Source of the DNA: a virus
IMG/VR virus record: IMGVR_UViG_3300042197_004429
Location: 64,001 to 128,000 of that record
Length of the DNA stretch: 64,000 nucleotides
Reading direction: 5' to 3' (one strand)
Part shown: positions 38,477 to 47,994 of the stretch, piece after piece
Numbering within the stretch: position 1 is the stretch's first letter
How the letters are laid out: every line of letters starts with the position of its first letter
Made by a program: the position numbers and the translations under genes
The notes under the pieces: generated by a model
Told to the model about the DNA's origin: nothing
Database searches by the model: none
What the model saw: only the letters and a program-made list of their open reading frames with translations

Positions 38477-38764
38477 ATGATGCTAATTATGTGTCCTTAT
38501 TGTGGCTACAACTTATCTAAACCATTAACAAATGGAATATGCTCTTGCGTTAATTGCAAAAGAGTATTTGATAGTTCTAGACTCAACTCTCTTCTTGCCG
38601 CTAGTTGGGTTGTAAAAAGAAAAAACATCACCAATTCATTAGACCTTGCTAATCGATGCAAGATTTCTGAGGATGATGCGAATCTCGTGATCAACTTAGT
38701 CAATGATCAATGTTATGATTTCCAAGAATTTTTAAAGATTCTCGAAAACATGGTTGAGCAATAA
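38477..38764 (+). CDS. Small zinc-ribbon protein
   Basis: CPYCG...CVNC. Confidence 0.6.
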   Translation: MMLIMCPYCGYNLSKPLTNGICSCVNCKRVFDSSRLNSLLAASWVVKRKNITNSLDLANRCKISEDDANLVINLVNDQCYDFQEFLKILENMVEQ

Positions 38765-38814
38765 TTTTTTTTGTGTTATGATTTTGTTTTGTCATTAATT
38801 CAAACCAAAATTTT

Positions 38815-39810
38815 ATGGAATACAAACTCTCCGAAAGATTTAGACTTTTTGCTTTAAATAATTGCTCTGATTATGGAAACGAGGTCGCAAGGTGCTTGGG
38901 CGTTTCGCTTTCCTCTCATATAGAAAAAAATTTCGAAGATGGCGAAACTTATGTACGCTCAAATGAAAATGTAAGAGGCGGGGATGTTTATATTATTAGT
39001 TCCCTATATGGAGATGATCACGAAACAGTCAATGAAAAATTAATTAAATTATTGTTTTTTATAGGATCTTTACGAGACGCCTCAGCCCAGAGAATAACTG
39101 CAATTATTTTATCTTTTGCTTATGCTCGACAAGATAGAAAAGTTGAAAGCCGAGCACCCATCAGTAGTAAATATGTCGCCGGTCTGTTGCAAGCAATGTC
39201 TTGTTCTCATGTTTTAACTTTGGATGTTCATAATTTAGCGGTTCTTCAAAATTCTTTTGGTTTAAGTTGTCCAGTTGATAATCTTGAGTGTAAGAATTTA
39301 CATGCTGATTGGTGTGCAAATAATCTTGCTGACAAAAAGTTAGTAGTGCTATCTCCAGATGCTGGTGGTTATCAAAGAGCCGAAAGATTCAGGGCCGCAT
39401 TGTATAAGCGTATTAAATCGAATGTTGGAATTGCTATTTTAGACAAGCTTAGAATCAACGGTGAGGTTCATGGTGGTCGTATAGTAGGTGATGTTGGCGG
39501 TGCCGATGTTATTATTTATGATGATATTATCTCCACAGGCAGTACAATTAGTAAAGCCTGCGAATCTGTAAAGAATCATGGCGGAGAAGTAGCTGCCGTG
39601 TGTGCCACTCACGGATTGTTTGTCGGTAATGCAAACAAATATTTGGAAAAAATAAATGGAAGTATAGTAGTTTCAGATTCAATAAAACCTTTTAGATTAA
39701 ATTCAATTAATACTAAAAAATTGTCTATAGTTAGCACAAGTTCAATGGTTGCTGAAGCTATCTGGAGAATACATTCTGGAATAGGATCTATTAGTGAGTT
39801 ATTGCTGTGA
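38815..39810 (+). CDS. prs: Ribose-phosphate pyrophosphokinase (PRPP synthetase)
   Basis: FEDGETYVR, YARQDRK, LDVH, SPDAGG, DKLR, DDIISTGST, THGLF. Confidence 0.95.
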   Translation: MEYKLSERFRLFALNNCSDYGNEVARCLGVSLSSHIEKNFEDGETYVRSNENVRGGDVYIISSLYGDDHETVNEKLIKLLFFIGSLRDASAQRITAIILSFAYARQDRKVESRAPISSKYVAGLLQAMSCSHVLTLDVHNLAVLQNSFGLSCPVDNLECKNLHADWCANNLADKKLVVLSPDAGGYQRAERFRAALYKRIKSNVGIAILDKLRINGEVHGGRIVGDVGGADVIIYDDIISTGSTISKACESVKNHGGEVAAVCATHGLFVGNANKYLEKINGSIVVSDSIKPFRLNSINTKKLSIVSTSSMVAEAIWRIHSGIGSISELLL

Positions 39811-39837
39811 AATAATTTACTTTAATTTGAATTTAAA

Positions 39838-40779
39838 TTATGTACTCAAACCAAGAAAATCGGATATTTTTTTCTCAATACAATTATACTCTTTATAAGT
39901 AATTATTAAAAGTGGAATTTTGTTTTTTTCACACCATTCTTTTTTTATTTTATCTCTTTTCTTTATATTTTTAAATTCATTTCTTGTTTTTTTCCAACTA
40001 CCAGAGCATTCTTTAAAATGTTGTTGTCCTTGAAATTCTATAAGATATTTTTGTGATTTAAACTCAATCATAAAATCAAAAGGTAAAGGTTTTTTATTCC
40101 TACACTCTTTAATTCTATATTGTGGTTGGAAAATAATTTTTGTTAATTCAAGATATTTTTTTATTCTCATCTCTCCTTTTGATTTTTTACAAAGAGGACA
40201 CCCATTGTTGTCGAAAATATGATTGAGAGGAGTTTGATAAAAATCACCATGTTTGCTACAAGTTATTGTTACCTTTTTATGCATTGTTTCATATAGAGAT
40301 TTTTCATAAATATATTCACTACCGTGAATTTTTCTCGCTCTATCAACGAATTCTTTTGTTGTTAGCCTTCGCTGCTCTGCTGCTTTTAGAATTCCGCATT
40401 CTTTACACCCCTTTCCACTCAAGTGGTCTGTCGCTGTTTGGGAGAAATCGCCATGTGAAGGACAAATAATTGTTATTTTATTGTGAGAACCGGAGTAGCA
40501 AGAATTTGAATAATCGTATTTTTCCCCATGAATTTTTTTTGCTTTTTGAATAAATTCTTTTAAATTAGAAGTTTTTAACTCAGAAAGTGTTTTTTTCTTA
40601 CACTCCCTGCAACCCCTTCCTGACAAGTGGTCATTTGGCGTTTGTTTAAAAACACCATGAAAAGGGCAAACAATTTTAACTTTGATATCACTCCTTCTGT
40701 AAATTGCTAGATTATAGTCGTATTTATTTTTATGAATTTTTTTGGCTTTTTTTATGAATTCATTTGTTTTGTTTTTCAT
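39838..40779 (-). CDS. Putative homing endonuclease (three zinc-binding repeats plus PD-(D/E)xK-like domain)
   Basis: Three copies of FI.KA..IH...YDY...I.C..HG.F.Q....H..G.GC..C; SKGE; PFDF; LIEFQGQQH. Confidence 0.8.
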   Translation of the reverse strand: MKNKTNEFIKKAKKIHKNKYDYNLAIYRRSDIKVKIVCPFHGVFKQTPNDHLSGRGCRECKKKTLSELKTSNLKEFIQKAKKIHGEKYDYSNSCYSGSHNKITIICPSHGDFSQTATDHLSGKGCKECGILKAAEQRRLTTKEFVDRARKIHGSEYIYEKSLYETMHKKVTITCSKHGDFYQTPLNHIFDNNGCPLCKKSKGEMRIKKYLELTKIIFQPQYRIKECRNKKPLPFDFMIEFKSQKYLIEFQGQQHFKECSGSWKKTRNEFKNIKKRDKIKKEWCEKNKIPLLIITYKEYNCIEKKISDFLGLST

Positions 40780-40817
40780 TTTAGTTGTATTTTTTATTGA
40801 AATTTTAATTAGAACTA

Positions 40818-41066
40818 TCTATTCAGGAAAATGGTGGTAAAGTTTGGTCGATATGTGCTACACACGGATTATTCTGTGGTAAAGCCAATGAAGTGTTAAA
40901 AGATATAGATGCAAAAGTAGTTGTTACTGATACTGTGGAGCCTTTTAGACTAACAGATGAAAATAGAAATAAATTGTATATTGTAGACACTTCAAAAATG
41001 GTAGCCGATGCCGTCAAAAGAATTCATAACGGCACCGGCTCCATAAGCGAACTTCTTCGCACTTAG
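40818..41066 (+). pseudogene. prs: Orphan second copy of the prs 3' end
   Basis: SIQENGGKVWSICATHGLFCGKANEVL...VVTDTVEPFRL...TSKMVADAVKRIHNGTGSISELLRT* aligns to prs codons from 39565; no start codon. Confidence 0.9.
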
Positions 41067-41269
41067 TTCGTTGTCAAATCGCTTAAAGCATTAAGGCTTG
41101 AGGTGTTTTTGTCAACTAACTCACTCCTAAGAATGGTAACAGAGTCTGAGGCTTGAATGCCTAATCTGACTTTGTTTGAATCAATTCTAACCACGGTCAG
41201 TTCGACTTGTTCTTTTTCGTTCAATTTCAAAAGGATTTTTTCATCCCTCTTTCTGGATAGGACTAGCAA
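41063..41269 (-). CDS. csrA: Carbon storage regulator (translational regulator)
   Basis: MLVLSRK..E.I...V.LTVV.I....VRLGI.A...V.ILR.EL; GGAGG RBS. Confidence 0.9.
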   Translation of the reverse strand: MLVLSRKRDEKILLKLNEKEQVELTVVRIDSNKVRLGIQASDSVTILRSELVDKNTSSLNALSDLTTN

Positions 41270-41344
41270 ATTGGGCCTCCCTTCTCTAGTGTCCTAATAA
41301 TAGAGTAGTTATCCAAGAAAATTTAAATTTTTTTTGCAAAGGTC

Positions 41345-41372
41345 TTGTCGTCGTGTTTTTCGAACGTATACT
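41345..41372 (+). promoter_or_regulatory. sigma70-type promoter
   Basis: TTGTCG (41345-41350), 16 nt, TATACT (41367-41372). Confidence 0.5.
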
Positions 41373-41458
41373 GTTAGTGTGATGCCGGAAAAAACAGATG
41401 TGGCCAGTTTTTCCAGGCATTTTAAAAAAAATTGGCCGCTTTGTTTAAGGGTTGATCA

Positions 41459-42058
41459 ATGAAGACGATGACTAAGGGTGGTTTTGGTGTTCAGTTTCAG
41501 CAAATTGAGCAGATTCAGCAAGAGGCTCGTGAAAAGTTTCAAGAGTACCAGCGATCTCTCAAGGAAGCTCAGGTTGCTTTGAGAAAGTTGGCCGAGGTTG
41601 CATCGGAAACTTGTGATCACGTTGGAGAGGGAGTTGATTTTGCCACCATGGCCCCGGTGAAGCGGCGGAAAGTCCGTCCAGCAAAGGCCAAGGCCACTGT
41701 GGTCAAGAATGGTCGCAGAAAGTCACGCAAAATTGGTGCTAAGACCAAGACCCGTGTACGTGCTGCTGCCGCCAATGGCGAGAACAAGATCAGCCTGAAG
41801 CGTTATACTTTTGAATTGCTTGGTCGTCCTGCGGCTAGCATCAAAAAGGCGATCTCAGGCTATCCTGAGAGTGGTAAGGGTCTAAAGGTCAGCGAGATCA
41901 AGGAGATCATCGAGAACGAAGGCAAGTGGAGTACCGATAGCGAGATCGGACCTCAAATCCACAACGCCTTGTTTGCTCTACGCAATGCCAAGAAGGTTGA
42001 GCGTAACGAAGAAGATCGTCGCTACCACCTTGTTGAAGGTGCCGAATACGACGCCTGA
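41459..42058 (+). CDS. Basic putative DNA-binding protein (coiled coil, K/R/A-rich linker, winged-helix-like C-terminus)
   Basis: APVKRRKVRPAKAKATVVKNGRRKSRK linker; GLKVSEIKEII...IHNALFALR..KKVER...YHL; higher GC than neighbours. Confidence 0.6.
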   Translation: MKTMTKGGFGVQFQQIEQIQQEAREKFQEYQRSLKEAQVALRKLAEVASETCDHVGEGVDFATMAPVKRRKVRPAKAKATVVKNGRRKSRKIGAKTKTRVRAAAANGENKISLKRYTFELLGRPAASIKKAISGYPESGKGLKVSEIKEIIENEGKWSTDSEIGPQIHNALFALRNAKKVERNEEDRRYHLVEGAEYDA

Positions 42059-42090
42059 TAATTGTTCCAAAAAATACAATTATTCGAGGG

Positions 42091-42119
42091 AAAAGCCCAA
42101 CCTTGTGTTGGGCTTTTTT
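42091..42119 (+). terminator. Intrinsic terminator
   Basis: AAAAGCCCAAC-CTTGT-GTTGGGCTTTT(TT). Confidence 0.85.
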
Positions 42120-42149
42120 CTTTTTGTACCCCAGTTACTAAAGTATTTT

Positions 42150-42974
42150 ATGATCAATGCTCAAGAATCACTTCCAAAAATTAGTTGCTTAATGGTCACA
42201 GCAAATAATCGTTTTGATTATTTTAAAAAAAGTGTGCAGTGTTATGCTGATCAGACTTATCCAAACCGTGAATTGGTTATAGTAACTGAAGCTCCAAAAG
42301 ATTATCAAAAAAAGATTAAAGATTACCTATCAGGGAGGGATGATGTTCATTTTATTTTTTTAAATGGATGGTATTCTTTAGGTGCATTGAGAAATATCTC
42401 TATGTCTTTGTGTTATGGAGATGTTTTTGTTCAATGGGACGATGACGATTTTAACTCCCCAGAAAGACTCGCTGTACAATACAGTTATTTATCTAGACAT
42501 CCAAAAGCACGTGTTTGTTTTTTGTCTGATCAATTACATTACTATTTTAATTCTGGTTATTTATTTTGGGAAGATTGGGCACAATATTGTTCAAATGGCA
42601 TTAAAAAATGTAGTTTAATTCCGGGAACGATCATGGCCTACAGGAGACATTTTCATAATAAATACCCATCTTCTGGAAGTTATTGTTCTGCTGGCGAAGA
42701 CTCTGTTTTAACCACAACTCTATGTGAAAATGATATTGATAATGACCAAGTGGTTTTGATGTCTAACTATGGATATATGCAAATGTATACATTTCATGGC
42801 AATAATGTTTGGGACGAAGAACATCATTTGAAAATATCAAAAAATAGATCCCTACCCGTGAGTTATATTAACAGGCATAGGCAAAGAATCTGCGAAACAA
42901 TAAATTATTTGGAACTTGAAGGAACAATAAAAGTCATGGGTCGAGAGGGCTTGGCTTTTACACATGAGGTTTAA
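42150..42974 (+). CDS. GT2 glycosyltransferase
   Basis: ISCLMVT, Q.YPN.ELVIV, LGALRN, QWDDDD, GED; start set at ATG 42150. Confidence 0.9.
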   Translation: MINAQESLPKISCLMVTANNRFDYFKKSVQCYADQTYPNRELVIVTEAPKDYQKKIKDYLSGRDDVHFIFLNGWYSLGALRNISMSLCYGDVFVQWDDDDFNSPERLAVQYSYLSRHPKARVCFLSDQLHYYFNSGYLFWEDWAQYCSNGIKKCSLIPGTIMAYRRHFHNKYPSSGSYCSAGEDSVLTTTLCENDIDNDQVVLMSNYGYMQMYTFHGNNVWDEEHHLKISKNRSLPVSYINRHRQRICETINYLELEGTIKVMGREGLAFTHEV

Positions 42975-42976
42975 AA

Positions 42977-43795
42977 ATGATTTCGGGAAAATTGCCATTA
43001 ATTTCTTGTGTTTGTGTTACTAAAGATCGTTTTGAATTACTTAAAAAATCAATTTTTTGTTATTTAAATCAAAATTATCAAAATAAAAATTTAATTATAT
43101 TGAGTCAAAGCAATGATGAAACAAATAAAAAAATAGAAAAACATATCAAAGATTTATCAAGAGATGACATTCTTTTTCTACCCGCTCCCACCATGTTGAC
43201 ATTGGGGGCCATGAGAAACGCATCCATCGAGTTGGCCACAGGTGAAATAATTTGTCAGTGGGATGATGATGATTTATATCATCCTAATAGATTGACAAAT
43301 CAATACAAATGCTTAAAGAGCGACAATAGGAATGTTGCTTCTTTGTATTCAAATTTTTTAAAGTATTTTGCCAATTCAAAAGAAGTGTATTGGTGCGATT
43401 GGTTGAACGAATCAGAGTATTCTCATAGATTTCTGTGCGGCTCTGTGATGTTTTACAAATCTCTTTTTCATATGTGGGAAAATTTTTACCCAGAGCGTGG
43501 TGCTCAGAGTTGTTGCGAAGAAGATCTAAATGTTCTTGAGAAGTTGATGTTAAAAGGGTCCATAGCACCAGTTTTGGATGGAAATGAGTATGTTTATGTT
43601 TACCACGGTGTTAACACTTACGATTTAGATCACCACAAATTAACTTTGGATATTCGTTGGGGTAAAAAAGTCTACACTACCGAAGATTTATTGAAAAAGC
43701 AAAGTTTAATCGAAGAAACTTTTGATTTGATACAAATGGATGATATGGTTAAAATTAAAAGTTTAGGAGAGGTTGCTTTCACTTACACCATATGA
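42977..43795 (+). CDS. GT2 glycosyltransferase (tandem paralog)
   Basis: ISCVCVT, LGAMRN, QWDDDDLYHPNRL, EED. Confidence 0.9.
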   Translation: MISGKLPLISCVCVTKDRFELLKKSIFCYLNQNYQNKNLIILSQSNDETNKKIEKHIKDLSRDDILFLPAPTMLTLGAMRNASIELATGEIICQWDDDDLYHPNRLTNQYKCLKSDNRNVASLYSNFLKYFANSKEVYWCDWLNESEYSHRFLCGSVMFYKSLFHMWENFYPERGAQSCCEEDLNVLEKLMLKGSIAPVLDGNEYVYVYHGVNTYDLDHHKLTLDIRWGKKVYTTEDLLKKQSLIEETFDLIQMDDMVKIKSLGEVAFTYTI

Positions 43796-44814
43796 AATTT
43801 GAACAAAAATATCAAAACTCTTCATCAAATGAGAGATTTGAATTTGAATATTCTTACGTGACCAAAAGTCCAAAACTAGGACAATGCCGTTGGTGTTCTT
43901 CTTTTACAAAGTGGATAGATGTCCTTTTTCAAGTTCATGTTTGTAGTGAAGAGTGCAACGCTGAGATGTGGCACCGCTATAGGAATGATCAAAAATTAAA
44001 TGGTACTTATGAAAATTTTGAAAATCATTTTGAACAAGTAAAAAAAGAATTGAAATTAGTAGAGGAAACCACAGATGATTGGAAAGATATATTGATCGTT
44101 GTTCGTGATCAACTTGATTACATTAAAGATTGTGTTGAATCGATACAAAAATACACAAAAAATTATCACTTATTTATTTGGGACAACGCATCTGGCAAAG
44201 AGACTCAAGAATATATACAAAATTTATTGTTAAAGTACGATTCAAATAAAGATAAACATTATAAATTAACAACAATAAGACGAGAGAAAAATGTTGGATT
44301 TGTGTTTCCAAATAATGAGATGATCGCTCTCGGAGAAAGTCCTTACATCATCCTGCTAAATTCGGATACTAAGGTTTTTGAAAATTGGGACAAAACCATG
44401 ATAGCATTTTTAAAAAACAACCCCGATTATGCCCAGGTTGGTTATTGGGGAGGACACCTTAACGCTGATGGTCGTGGGTTTGGCGGGGCTAATGGAGAGC
44501 GTGTTGACTATATCCCAGGTTGGTGTTTTTGCATATCACGTGAAACCTACGATCATTTTGGTTTGTTTGATGAACATCTTAAATTTGCTTATTGCGAAGA
44601 TTCTGATTTTTCTTTGAGACTCAAAGAAGGTGGAAAAAAGATTTATTCGCTTCATGCTCCACTTGTTCATCACTATCAAAACAAAACAGTAAAACAGGTT
44701 GAAAAAGAAGGCGAATTAGATCTTCAAGCAACTTTTGACCACAATCATTCCTACTTTAAAAATCGTTGGAAAGAATATTTGGCTAAAAATCGAGTTCTTT
44801 TGGATCAAAAATAA
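43792..44814 (+). CDS. GT2 glycosyltransferase with Cys-containing N-terminal extension
   Basis: CRWC...CSEEC; WDNAS, NVGFVFPNN, LLNSDT, YCEDSDFSLR. Confidence 0.85.
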   Translation: MKFEQKYQNSSSNERFEFEYSYVTKSPKLGQCRWCSSFTKWIDVLFQVHVCSEECNAEMWHRYRNDQKLNGTYENFENHFEQVKKELKLVEETTDDWKDILIVVRDQLDYIKDCVESIQKYTKNYHLFIWDNASGKETQEYIQNLLLKYDSNKDKHYKLTTIRREKNVGFVFPNNEMIALGESPYIILLNSDTKVFENWDKTMIAFLKNNPDYAQVGYWGGHLNADGRGFGGANGERVDYIPGWCFCISRETYDHFGLFDEHLKFAYCEDSDFSLRLKEGGKKIYSLHAPLVHHYQNKTVKQVEKEGELDLQATFDHNHSYFKNRWKEYLAKNRVLLDQK

Positions 44815-44871
44815 TTATTGTTTCGGCCAACCTTTACGTCGCTCTTTTTTTCCGTAAAATAAAGGTATCCC

Positions 44872-46188
44872 ATGAGTGAAACTTTCAAGGAAAATAAAAT
44901 GAGTGCGTGCTGTTTTTGCGGACAAACCAAGAAGATGACCGGTCCTTTGGTTCAAGGAAACGGTCTTGGAGACGAACACCCTGTCTACATTTGTTATAGT
45001 TGTATTAAAAGTTGCGAAGAGGCACTTGCTGAAAAAATTTCAAGCATGCGATCAGAGGACTTAAAAAAATTAAATGTTCCAAGTCCTTTAGAATTGTATC
45101 AACACCTCAATCGTTATGTAATCGGTCAAGATGTTGCCAAAAAGAAACTATCAGTTGAGGTCAGTAACCACTATCAAAGACTAATAGATAGTTACGAATT
45201 AAAATCTTTTAAAAACTCTGGCGAGTGTTCTATAGAAGACCCAGAACTTAAAGATGTTGAGATTGAAAAAAACAACATCCTTCTTGTTGGACCAACGGGT
45301 AGTGGCAAAACTTTATTGGCAAAAAGTCTGGCTGAAAAACTTAATGTTCCTTTTGCAATTGGTGATGCTACAACACTCACCGAGGCTGGTTATGTTGGAG
45401 AAGATGTTGAGAATTTGCTTTTAAAACTTTTAGTCGCAGCAGACTATAACGTTGAGGAAGCACAAAGAGGCATTATTTATATCGATGAAATTGATAAAAT
45501 TCGATCTACTGGTGGAAATGTTTCTATCACAAGAGATGTGAGCGGACAAGGTGTTCAGCAAAGTCTTCTTAAAATGATAGAAGGAACAGTTTGTAATGTT
45601 CCGCCTCAAGGGGGTCGTAAACACCCAGAGCAGAATTACATTCAAATTGACACAACGCACATCTTGTTTATTGTTGGTGGCGCTTTCGTTGGTTTAGAAG
45701 ACATTATTCGTCGTCGTTTAAGAAAGACTGCTATTGGTTTTAATGTTGAAAATCAGGTTGTTGATGAAAGAAAAGAATACAACGATGTGATGAAGCAAGT
45801 TCGCCAAGATGATTTTATTGAGTTTGGCATGATACCTGAATTAATTGGTAGGCTTCCCGTGATTAGTTCTTTAGAAGAACTCTCTGTGGACGATTTGGTT
45901 CGTGTTTTAAAAGAGCCCAAAAACGCCCTGCTGAAACAGGAGCGGAAGAAGATGTCTTACAAGGGCGTTGATCTCCAATTCACCGATGAAGCCGTCACAA
46001 AAATTGCGGAGATCGCTATTGAAAAAGAAATTGGAGCACGGGCTTTAAGAAGTGTTCTTGGCGAATTCATGACAGACCTTTACTTTGATCTTTCAGATGA
46101 CTGTTCTGGAAAGTCCTATCTGGTCGATGTTGATGTTGTTTTGAATAAAAAGAAGCCCGAGTTGATGAGCAAAAACGAAGCCGCTTAG
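44872..46188 (+). CDS. clpX: ATP-dependent Clp protease ATPase subunit ClpX
   Basis: N-terminal C4 zinc finger; VIGQ; GPTGSGKT; TEAGYVGEDVE; IDEIDKI; RDVSGQGVQQ; IGF loop; PELIGRLP; GARAL. Confidence 0.97.
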   Translation: MSETFKENKMSACCFCGQTKKMTGPLVQGNGLGDEHPVYICYSCIKSCEEALAEKISSMRSEDLKKLNVPSPLELYQHLNRYVIGQDVAKKKLSVEVSNHYQRLIDSYELKSFKNSGECSIEDPELKDVEIEKNNILLVGPTGSGKTLLAKSLAEKLNVPFAIGDATTLTEAGYVGEDVENLLLKLLVAADYNVEEAQRGIIYIDEIDKIRSTGGNVSITRDVSGQGVQQSLLKMIEGTVCNVPPQGGRKHPEQNYIQIDTTHILFIVGGAFVGLEDIIRRRLRKTAIGFNVENQVVDERKEYNDVMKQVRQDDFIEFGMIPELIGRLPVISSLEELSVDDLVRVLKEPKNALLKQERKKMSYKGVDLQFTDEAVTKIAEIAIEKEIGARALRSVLGEFMTDLYFDLSDDCSGKSYLVDVDVVLNKKKPELMSKNEAA

Positions 46189-46467
46189 TCATAGATTATT
46201 CAAATAATCAACCTCTTCTTGTGTTAAATCATCAATATTTATTTGATTTTTAATTTTAGATAAAATTTGATGTGCTATTGTTGTAGAGTGATCCGCTAAG
46301 TTTAACTCAATTTCGATGTTTTCAATTTTTTGAGTATAATTTTTATAGAAAGATATTATTTTTTCTTTTTTGTCTTTTGAATAATAACCAATAGCAACAA
46401 ATAATGATGCCACAATAGTTGTTGTGGTTAACAATTCGAGAAGAGAAGTTCCTTTGCGTCCTTGCAT
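46189..46467 (-). CDS. Type IV pilin-like small protein
   Basis: MQGRKG|TSLLELL prepilin-like N-terminus followed by a hydrophobic helix. Confidence 0.55.
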   Translation of the reverse strand: MQGRKGTSLLELLTTTTIVASLFVAIGYYSKDKKEKIISFYKNYTQKIENIEIELNLADHSTTIAHQILSKIKNQINIDDLTQEEVDYLNNL

Positions 46468-46542
46468 TTTTCTCCCATTTACAAAAACAATCTTTGTTTT
46501 TGAGTTTATTTACTACTATTAATTTGTGTTTGGAGAATTTTA

Positions 46543-46899
46543 ATGGCCGATTTTTTTTGTTATGGCACTTTGAAAAAGGGATTTAGCGCCCACAGAATAT
46601 TAAAAAATGCCCCAGCCGCTTTTTTAGGCGAAGTAACTACAAATGAAGATTATCATTTGTATGATGTTGGAAGTTTTCCCGGCATGGTTTTTGATTCAAC
46701 AACAAAAGGCGGCGTTAAGGGAGAGTTGTATAAAATTCCAGAGCGTGCTTTTAATGACTTGGATCGTTACGAATGTGTGAACACAGGTCTTTTTCGTCGT
46801 GAGGAAATAATTTTACAAGATGGCAACAAAGCCTATGCTTACATATTTAATTCTAATCTAGACAATGCAATTAAAATCGAAGATGGCTTGTGGAAATAA
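46543..46899 (+). CDS. Gamma-glutamylcyclotransferase (AIG2-like)
   Basis: FFCYGTL, FPG, V.GELY, LDRYE, Y/FRR. Confidence 0.9.
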   Translation: MADFFCYGTLKKGFSAHRILKNAPAAFLGEVTTNEDYHLYDVGSFPGMVFDSTTKGGVKGELYKIPERAFNDLDRYECVNTGLFRREEIILQDGNKAYAYIFNSNLDNAIKIEDGLWK

Positions 46900-46932
46900 T
46901 ACATATTATTAATTAATGTAGAAAGGTTTTTC

Positions 46933-47994
46933 ATGTGGGGCGATGCTTTTTGTGCTTTTCCATTTAATAGACTAAGAATAACATCCGAAGGTAACGCTTC
47001 TTTTTGTTGTTTTATGAGACCTGATCCTCTTAAAGAAGAGGCAGATGCTTATATTGGCAATGTTTTAGAAAACACTTTTGATGAGGTTTGGTTTGGAGAA
47101 ATTGCCGAAGAAATAAGACACGAAACCCTAAAGGGCAATTTGCACAAAAAGTGCCAATGCCCAGGTTGTCCTTATTTGCCTCTTAAAAAACCATACCCGA
47201 TCCAGAACTTTATCTACAACGAGTATCCTAATTTTCTAGAAATAGACCTACCGAATACTCATTGTAATGTTGGTGGGTTAAAACCTCACCCAGAAAACTC
47301 ACCAGCATGCGTGATGTGCGAGCGTTCAAGTCCAGTTTTTCGTCCAGAGAAAAATCATCTTTTTGAAGTTCTTGAAAAGATTAAACACATCGTTCCTAAT
47401 CTCTATCAGATACACATTCAGGGAATAGCAGAACCTTTCTATCAAACAAGACAAGATGGCTTTTTTTTGTTTGAGATTATGGATATTTTGGAATATGACA
47501 ACCACGCCGAACAAATTACTTTGAGCATCACCACTAATGGAACTTTGCTAAAACAAAATGTACGTGAGCAGTATCTTAGGCGTGCCCCAAACTCTATAAC
47601 AAATTTTTCAATAGATGCCGCTACACCAGAAACTTTTAAGGCTATAAGAATATTTGATTGTTTTGATAAAGTTTTGGAAAATATGTACGCTTTTGACCAA
47701 GAGCGTGTTCGTGAGAAGCAGTTTCTGCGTATCCACAATAATATTAACATAATGAACGTGCATGAGGTTGTTGAGATGTGTCGAATTGCACACAAGGCAA
47801 GGGCAGAACACGTTGAATTTAATCCAACAAATGGATTTAATCACAAAATTTTAGTTAATGAAAAAAATTGTGGTTTATTTGCTAAAGCCCAACAAGATAT
47901 TATCGAAGAGTGCAAGAAACTAGGACAGCCGGTTAACTTTTTGCGTCCTTTAGATTTGGGCTACACCGAACGACTAATACAGTTGACTATATAG
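46933..47994 (+). CDS. Radical SAM protein with N-terminal SPASM/twitch domain, CX14CX2C
   Basis: FCAFPF...CC...IGN...W...C.CPGCP; HCNVGGLKPHPENSPACVMC; GIAEPF; TTNG; SIDAAT. Confidence 0.85.
   Translation: MWGDAFCAFPFNRLRITSEGNASFCCFMRPDPLKEEADAYIGNVLENTFDEVWFGEIAEEIRHETLKGNLHKKCQCPGCPYLPLKKPYPIQNFIYNEYPNFLEIDLPNTHCNVGGLKPHPENSPACVMCERSSPVFRPEKNHLFEVLEKIKHIVPNLYQIHIQGIAEPFYQTRQDGFFLFEIMDILEYDNHAEQITLSITTNGTLLKQNVREQYLRRAPNSITNFSIDAATPETFKAIRIFDCFDKVLENMYAFDQERVREKQFLRIHNNINIMNVHEVVEMCRIAHKARAEHVEFNPTNGFNHKILVNEKNCGLFAKAQQDIIEECKKLGQPVNFLRPLDLGYTERLIQLTI

Noticed and set aside
38815-39810. NAD reconstitution (Prs plus Nampt) anti-defence pathway
   Set aside because: No nicotinamide phosphoribosyltransferase gene is visible in this window
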